Origin: Candidatus Dojkabacteria bacterium
GTDB lineage: Bacteria; Patescibacteriota; Dojkabacteria; SC72
Assembly: GCA_040767225.1 (NCBI GenBank)
Contig: JAXGOY010000006.1
Coordinates: forward strand, 1 to 50,082
Length of the DNA stretch: 50,082 nt
Reading direction: 5' to 3'
The notes under the pieces are model-generated. The model had not been told where the DNA came from, made no database searches, and worked only from the letters and a program-made list of their open reading frames with translations. The translations under genes and the position numbers were made by a program. Shown here piece by piece: positions 45,259 through 50,082 of the stretch (within the stretch, counting starts at the first letter, position 1; each line of letters begins with the position of its first letter).

Positions 45259-46653
45259 ATGAGCTTAAGTAAAAACTTAGAGTACCTAAGAAAAAGCAAG
45301 AAAATGTCTCAAGAAGATCTTGCTTTTAAATTAGGTGTGTCAAGGCAGGCAGTATCTAAATGGGAATCTGGTGCTGCATATCCTGAAACAGAGAAAATAA
45401 TTGCAATATGTAAGCTTTTTGATTGTTCACTTGATGAACTTATGAAAGATGATATTGCAGAGTTAAGAGAAGATGAGAAGAGAAGATATACATTTAATGA
45501 CTTAATTGAAGAGGTCTCATCTCTTTTACAAAAGACTGTAGACATATTTAATCAAATGGATAGAAAAACAAGATTTAGATTTTTCTTTGAGCTTGTAGTA
45601 GCATGTGTTGTTATTTTCTTTGTTGTAAAGATACCTTTTAATTATATTGCTTCACTTGGTTACAATGTGTTTTTTGCAATAGGGGGAGATACAGCTCAAG
45701 TACTTAAAGCTATATGGAGATTTTTAGTAGATATTACATATTTTATTACTTCATTACTAATATTTATTTCTGTTTATAAAGCAAAATTTCTTAATATTGC
45801 GAATTTTAGTAAGAAGTCTACCCAAACCCAAATAGAAGGAGAGAAAGAAGAAAAGGAGGAAGGTAATAAAGAAGAGAAAATTGTTAGACATGATTTTGGT
45901 GTATTTTCTTTTTTAGGAAAAGTATTTGTTTTTTGTTTAAAGGTTTTTGTAGCATTTTTATCTCTCTTTATACTTTTCTATATGCTTGTTGCCGTTGCAG
46001 GCTTAGTGATTGTTATATCTTGGATGTTTGATGGTGTGTTTCTTTTTAGTTTAGTTCTTTTTGCATTATCATTTATTCTTCTTTCTACTATTATCATTTA
46101 TGTAATTTACAATTTTATAATTAATAGAAGAAGTAAGTGGAAAAAGGTTTTTACATTTCTTTTAATATCCTTTATTGGTCTTGGTGTAAGTATGGGAGTA
46201 GGGGCTATTGAAATGAAAGAGTTTACATTTACTAGTTCTCCTCGTCAGGATATAGTTCTGGATAAAAAGAGTGAGACTTTTGAGATGACAGATTCTTTAA
46301 TAATTGAAAATTATGGGTATGAGATTGTATATATTGAAGATGAGAAGATGCAGGATATGGTAAGGGTAGAAGTTGCATATTACGATGGTTTTGAGGATGT
46401 AGAAATAGTTCAAAATGGAAACAGTATATTTATTAATTCAAGGCAAGAAAACTTTTCTATTCCTAAAATTTATGAGATGTTAATAAAAGATTTAAAGGAG
46501 AAGGAAATTCATGTTGATTACCGCTATCTTTCAGATCTTTATGTAACAGTGTATACAAGCAAAGAGAATATTGAGAAGATACAGAACAATATTGAGCAAC
46601 AGCAGACAAAAGATGAGTATGATGTTGGTGTACTAGAAGAAAAGCCACTTTAA
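45259..46653 (+). CDS. XRE-family helix-turn-helix protein fused to a multi-pass membrane region and an extracytoplasmic C-terminal domain
   Basis: The N-terminal LRKSKKMSQEDLAFKLGVSRQAVSKWESGAAYPETEKIIAICKLFDCSLDELM is an HTH_3. It is followed by several hydrophobic helices, an acidic EGEKEEKEEGNKEEK linker and a C-terminal domain of about 150 aa. Confidence 0.75.
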   Translation: MSLSKNLEYLRKSKKMSQEDLAFKLGVSRQAVSKWESGAAYPETEKIIAICKLFDCSLDELMKDDIAELREDEKRRYTFNDLIEEVSSLLQKTVDIFNQMDRKTRFRFFFELVVACVVIFFVVKIPFNYIASLGYNVFFAIGGDTAQVLKAIWRFLVDITYFITSLLIFISVYKAKFLNIANFSKKSTQTQIEGEKEEKEEGNKEEKIVRHDFGVFSFLGKVFVFCLKVFVAFLSLFILFYMLVAVAGLVIVISWMFDGVFLFSLVLFALSFILLSTIIIYVIYNFIINRRSKWKKVFTFLLISFIGLGVSMGVGAIEMKEFTFTSSPRQDIVLDKKSETFEMTDSLIIENYGYEIVYIEDEKMQDMVRVEVAYYDGFEDVEIVQNGNSIFINSRQENFSIPKIYEMLIKDLKEKEIHVDYRYLSDLYVTVYTSKENIEKIQNNIEQQQTKDEYDVGVLEEKPL

Positions 46654-46674
46654 TGTGGCCTTTCTTTTATTTCT
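46641..46674. terminator. Probable bidirectional terminator between the XRE-family gene and rplL
   Basis: GCCAC (46644-46648) pairs with GTGGC (46655-46659) and has flanking A/T extensions. T-rich tracts lie on both strands. The plus-strand TAA stop sits in the loop. Confidence 0.4.
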
Positions 46675-46688
46675 TAGAACAGAGGTAT

Positions 46689-47093
46689 TTATTCAAGCTC
46701 TACTTTTGCACCTGCTTCTTCAAATTTAGCCTTAATAGCCTCTGCATCTTCTTTCTTTACTCCTTCTTTTACAACCTTAGGAGCAGCTTCTACAAGGTCC
46801 TTAGCCTCTTTAAGACCAAGTTCTGTAATTTCCCTTACAACTTTAATTACACCTATTTTGTTTGCACCTGCATCTTTGAGGACAATATTGAATACAGATT
46901 TCTCAACTTCCTCTGGTGCTGCTTCTGCTGCTGGAGCTGCTACTGCAACTGGTGCTGCTGCACTAACTCCAAATTTGTCTTCCATTACTTTAACTAAGTC
47001 TGCAAGTTCTAAAACAGTCATTTTTTCGACTATTTCAATAACTTTCTGTGCATTCTCACTTAATTTTGGAAGATCTTTTTTCTCTTCTGCCAT
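46689..47093 (-). CDS. rplL: 50S ribosomal protein L7/L12
   Basis: ...[21 protein letters not shown]..., the Ala/Pro hinge and ...[22 protein letters not shown]...AGAKVELE are present. Confidence 0.95.
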   Translation of the reverse strand: MAEEKKDLPKLSENAQKVIEIVEKMTVLELADLVKVMEDKFGVSAAAPVAVAAPAAEAAPEEVEKSVFNIVLKDAGANKIGVIKVVREITELGLKEAKDLVEAAPKVVKEGVKKEDAEAIKAKFEEAGAKVELE

Positions 47094-47113
47094 TTTAATA
47101 TATGTTAAATAAT

Positions 47114-47644
47114 TTAATTAATATTAGCTTTCTTTTCAGAAATACCATTCAAAAGAATAGTAAAGCCCCTTATATTTCCAGTAATTGCATTCATAAATCC
47201 TGTTAATGGTGCATTCATTGTTCCTACGAGTCTTGAAAGTAGCACTTCTCTTGAAGGTATGTCTGCCAATTGCATAACTCTTTCATCTGTTAAAAACTCC
47301 TCTTGATATACTCCACATTTAGGATTTAATAACTCCATTTCTTTCTGTATCTTCTTTATTAATTTTGCAGGTTGTGTAGGATCTTCTTGAAAGGATATTA
47401 CTCCAGTAGCTCCATCAAATTCTTGTAACTGTAATGGTTGATTGCTTTCTTGTAATGCAATTTTAAATATATTGTTTTTAACTACAGTATAGCTGGAGTT
47501 TACATTTCTTAAATCTCTTTTGAGTGTAGTTATAGTTGCTGTATCTATTTTATCTGAGCTTACTAAGATATATCCAGAACTATTTTTTATCATTTCTTTA
47601 TATATCTTAAGTAACTCTTCTTTTTGTGTACGAGTTTTAGACAT
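47114..47644 (-). CDS. rplJ: 50S ribosomal protein L10
   Basis: It occupies the conserved position upstream of rplL and has an L10-like N-terminus ([44 protein letters not shown]). Confidence 0.9.
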   Translation of the reverse strand: MSKTRTQKEELLKIYKEMIKNSSGYILVSSDKIDTATITTLKRDLRNVNSSYTVVKNNIFKIALQESNQPLQLQEFDGATGVISFQEDPTQPAKLIKKIQKEMELLNPKCGVYQEEFLTDERVMQLADIPSREVLLSRLVGTMNAPLTGFMNAITGNIRGFTILLNGISEKKANIN

Positions 47645-47733
47645 CTGTATATTTATTTAATTAATTTTTGAATTAATATTTATCTCACATGGATTTATCT
47701 TTGTACCATGTTTCTTTGATAAATATGTTCAGG

Positions 47734-47762
47734 ATTATATATTACAAATGAAGGGAGGTCAA
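47734..47762 (-). promoter_or_regulatory. Candidate rplJL promoter
   Basis: On the minus strand, TTGACC (47762-47757) is followed by a 17-nt spacer and TATAAT (47739-47734). The downstream leader contains an ACATGG...CCATGT hairpin. Confidence 0.45.
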
Positions 47763-47783
47763 GAGAGGATGGAATAGTGATAC

Positions 47784-48053
47784 TTATTTAGTATATACAT
47801 ATACTAATTTTGGTAATCTACCATCCTCTCTTGTTGACAGACTAAAGTTATTATATGGAGTTAAATTTCTATAACCTCCCAAGCCAATTAACTTGAGATA
47901 TTCCTCATATGCATCATAGACTTTCTCAGGGTCTATGGTTTTGAAAAAACTTTTAAGATTAACTGCTGGACATTTTTCCCCATCAAGAGGACATTCATTC
48001 ATATTACAGAAGTCACAAGGAAATTGCTTATGTCTTTCCTCTTTCTTATACAT
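47784..48053 (-). CDS. Small Cys-rich hypothetical protein (89 aa from the second Met)
   Basis: AAGGAG lies 6 nt upstream of the ATG at 48053-48051, so the start is moved from 48080. The Cys motif is CDFCNMNECPLDGEKC. I recognise no family. Confidence 0.5.
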   Translation of the reverse strand: MYKKEERHKQFPCDFCNMNECPLDGEKCPAVNLKSFFKTIDPEKVYDAYEEYLKLIGLGGYRNLTPYNNFSLSTREDGRLPKLVYVYTK

Positions 48054-48111
48054 TTTTTCTCCTTTTTTTCTTAAGAGCAAAAATAGACAAATATTAGTCT
48101 GTCAAGTAATT

Positions 48112-48120
48112 ATTATACCA
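48112..48120 (-). promoter_or_regulatory. Extended -10 element (TGgTATAAT) upstream of the small Cys-rich ORF
   Basis: The plus-strand sequence ATTATACCA at 48112-48120 is TGGTATAAT on the minus strand. Confidence 0.4.
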
Positions 48121-48184
48121 TAAAAACATCTGTTTATTAAGTACTAACAGTACTTTTATTAACAAATATGGAGAGTAGGAATAG

Positions 48185-48874
48185 TTATTCTTCCTTTTTA
48201 TAATCTATCTTAAAGCTAGGACCCATTGTAGGAGCAATATGTAATCTCTTTATTACTTGGTTATATGGTTTTCCTAATACTTCCTCTATTGCTGACACTG
48301 CACTATGTAGATTTTCTGCTAACTTCTCATCATCCATATCTAACTTTCCTATTTTAATATGTATTACACCAGATGAGTCACAAGCAAATGTTTGTTTACC
48401 TTTTTTGTATTCTTTAATAGCTGAAGTAATATCATCTGTTACTGTGCCATTCTTAGGATTAGGCATTAAACCCTTAGGACCTAACTCTTTTCCTAGTACT
48501 GCAATCTTAGGCATTACCGCGGGAGTAGCAATTGCAACATCAAAAGAAATCTTTCCATCTTTAATATCTTTAATTAAAGAATCCAATCCTACAATATCAG
48601 CACCAGCCTCTTTTGCTTCTTTTTCTTTATCAGGAGTTACAAATGCAGCTACTGTAACACTTTTATCGCTTACAGAGTAGGGGAATGATACTGCACCTTT
48701 AATTGATTTAGGATCTCTATCTTTTGGGATTATAATATCAAAATGTGCCTCTAGGCTGCCTACAAACTTACTGTAAGAAGTTTTTTTTGCCATTTTAATA
48801 CCTTCTTGTACAGAGTATGATTTGGTTCTATCTAAATCTTTACTTACTTTTATATATTTCTTTCCTCTTTTCAT
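48185..48874 (-). CDS. rplA: 50S ribosomal protein L1
   Basis: L1 motifs ...KFVGSLEAHFDI..., ...GLMPNPKNGTVT... and ...IHIKIGKLDM... are present. Confidence 0.95.
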   Translation of the reverse strand: MKRGKKYIKVSKDLDRTKSYSVQEGIKMAKKTSYSKFVGSLEAHFDIIIPKDRDPKSIKGAVSFPYSVSDKSVTVAAFVTPDKEKEAKEAGADIVGLDSLIKDIKDGKISFDVAIATPAVMPKIAVLGKELGPKGLMPNPKNGTVTDDITSAIKEYKKGKQTFACDSSGVIHIKIGKLDMDDEKLAENLHSAVSAIEEVLGKPYNQVIKRLHIAPTMGPSFKIDYKKEE

Positions 48875-48892
48875 TATTTTAATATTTATACA

Positions 48893-49318
48893 TTATATTT
48901 CTGTTTCAATACCCATTTGTTTTGCAGTACCTGCAATTATTTTTGCTGCTTGCTCTGGGTCTGTTGTATTTAAATCAGGCATTTTAATTTCAACAATCTT
49001 TTGAATCTGCTCTTTTGTTAGTTTTCCTACCTTATTGAGATTAGGTCTTTCAGACCCTTTCTTTATTTTTAACTCCCTTCTTATTAATTCAGAAGTGGGA
49101 GGAGTTTTAGTTATAAAGTCAAAAGATCTATCATCATATATTGTAATTACAACAGGTGTTAATATTCCTTGCCCTTCTCTTGTTCTTTCATTGAACTGAG
49201 AACAAAACTCTTGTGTAGATATTCCATATGGTGCAAGTGTAGGCCCTATTGGAGGAGCTGGTGTTGCCTGTCCTGCAGGTATTGTTATCTTAATTATTGC
49301 TTTTATTGGTTTTGCCAT
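48893..49318 (-). CDS. rplK: 50S ribosomal protein L11
   Basis: IPAGQATPAPPIGPTLAPYGI...FCSQFNERT...KTPPTSELI is present. Confidence 0.95.
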   Translation of the reverse strand: MAKPIKAIIKITIPAGQATPAPPIGPTLAPYGISTQEFCSQFNERTREGQGILTPVVITIYDDRSFDFITKTPPTSELIRRELKIKKGSERPNLNKVGKLTKEQIQKIVEIKMPDLNTTDPEQAAKIIAGTAKQMGIETEI

Positions 49319-49333
49319 GTGGTTAATAAAATA

Positions 49334-49888
49334 TTAAAGTTTAGTAATCTGTGAGAAGTCTAATTCTACAGGAGCTTCTCTTCCAAGGAAAGATATTAAA
49401 ACTTTTACTTTTCCCTTTGTATTATCAATTTCTTGTATACTACCTATGAAATCAGCAAAGGCCCCATCTGTAATCTTCACAGCTTCTCCTACACTAAAAG
49501 AACTTTGATATGAAGGCTGTTCAACCTCCATAAACTTCATTATTGCTTTTACTTCACTTTCAGGTAAGGGTCTTGGATATTTATCTGTCTTTACAAATCC
49601 TCTTACACCTTCTGTATTTTTTACTATATCCCATGTTTGAGGAGTAAGCTCCATTTTAATGAGAACATAGCCTGGAAAAAGCTTATCATCCATAATATCC
49701 TGCTTTCCCTTCTTAACAATAATTTTCTTTTGTGTTGGTATGAGGATATCTAAAATTTTATCCTGCATACCAGTAGCTTCTATTCTTTGCTGAAGCTCTT
49801 TTTTTATACTATTTTCATATCCTGTTCTAATGTTTAATACATACCACTTAGCATTAGGATTTGTTTTTTCTTTTTTGTCTTTGACCAT
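49334..49888 (-). CDS. nusG: Transcription antitermination factor NusG
   Basis: The NGN domain (KWYVLNIRTGYENSIKKEL...FPGYVLIKM) and the KOW motif (GEAVKITDGAFADFIGSIQEID) are present. Confidence 0.92.
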   Translation of the reverse strand: MVKDKKEKTNPNAKWYVLNIRTGYENSIKKELQQRIEATGMQDKILDILIPTQKKIIVKKGKQDIMDDKLFPGYVLIKMELTPQTWDIVKNTEGVRGFVKTDKYPRPLPESEVKAIMKFMEVEQPSYQSSFSVGEAVKITDGAFADFIGSIQEIDNTKGKVKVLISFLGREAPVELDFSQITKL

Positions 49889-49899
49889 TTATATTTTAA

Positions 49900-50076
49900 T
49901 TATATCTTAAGGAACTGTGCTAATCCCCACTGAAAGAGTACATCTGCTCCTAGAATTATGAGTGCGATTATACCACAAAAGATTAATGTATATGCAGTAA
50001 GTGTAATTAACTCTTTAAAAGTTAATCTCTTTGTCTGCTTATATTCATTTATTATATCTTTAAATATGTTTTTCAT
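49900..50076 (-). CDS. secE: Preprotein translocase subunit SecE (58 aa, below the ORF-track cutoff)
   Basis: Manual translation gives MKNIFKDIINEYKQTKRLTFKELITLTAYTLIFCGIIALIILGADVLFQWGLAQFLKY*. This is a single TM helix after a basic N-terminus, in the conserved position upstream of nusG. Confidence 0.65.
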   Translation of the reverse strand: MKNIFKDIINEYKQTKRLTFKELITLTAYTLIFCGIIALIILGADVLFQWGLAQFLKI

Positions 50077-50082
50077 ATATAT

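Overview
This is a densely coding, low-GC bacterial chromosome segment that uses the standard genetic code. TGA acts as a stop at the end of comEC, and long conserved genes such as uvrA and leuS are intact. The gene content points to a small-genome CPR/Patescibacteria-like organism, though this placement is inference. The relevant genes are a form II/III- or III-like RuBisCO large subunit, an archaeal/eukaryote-type ProRS, a 2538-aa tail-fibre-like surface protein, a membrane-anchored serpin and ComEA/ComEC.

Gene order: radA (3' fragment), rho, a LysM-M23 peptidase, 2 tRNA-Ala, the serpin, leuS, the giant surface protein translationally coupled to a 942-aa LamG-like protein, a cyclophilin, comEA, comEC plus a separate MBL-fold ORF, 2 tRNA-Arg, argS, tRNA-Pro, a frameshifted ECF-type sigma factor with a membrane partner and a small secreted protein, rlmN, two paralogous receiver-like proteins, RuBisCO, proS, uvrA, tRNA-Arg, a processive GT2 glycosyltransferase, a PEGA protein, mreB, a DUF1704/MATCAP-like metallopeptidase, a five-gene minus-strand operon, an XRE-HTH membrane protein, and the secE-nusG-rplKAJL cluster, which carries an inserted small Cys-rich ORF.

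The most interesting region is 37.1-45.1 kb. The five-gene operon there encodes a 7TM protein and four different ATP-grasp ligases. One ligase is fused to a retropepsin-like domain and two resemble cyanophycin-synthetase G domains without an M domain. The operon converges, with overlapping stop codons, on mreB and the MATCAP-like carboxypeptidase.

Other notable points:
- Six nucleotide-identical 138-bp YVTN beta-propeller blades sit inside the giant gene.
- An S74 auto-processing domain lies internally in the same gene.
- An A9 tract breaks the sigma factor reading frame.
- A tRNA-Arg with a GCG anticodon lies just upstream of argS.

All family assignments come from reading motifs by eye. No searches were run.
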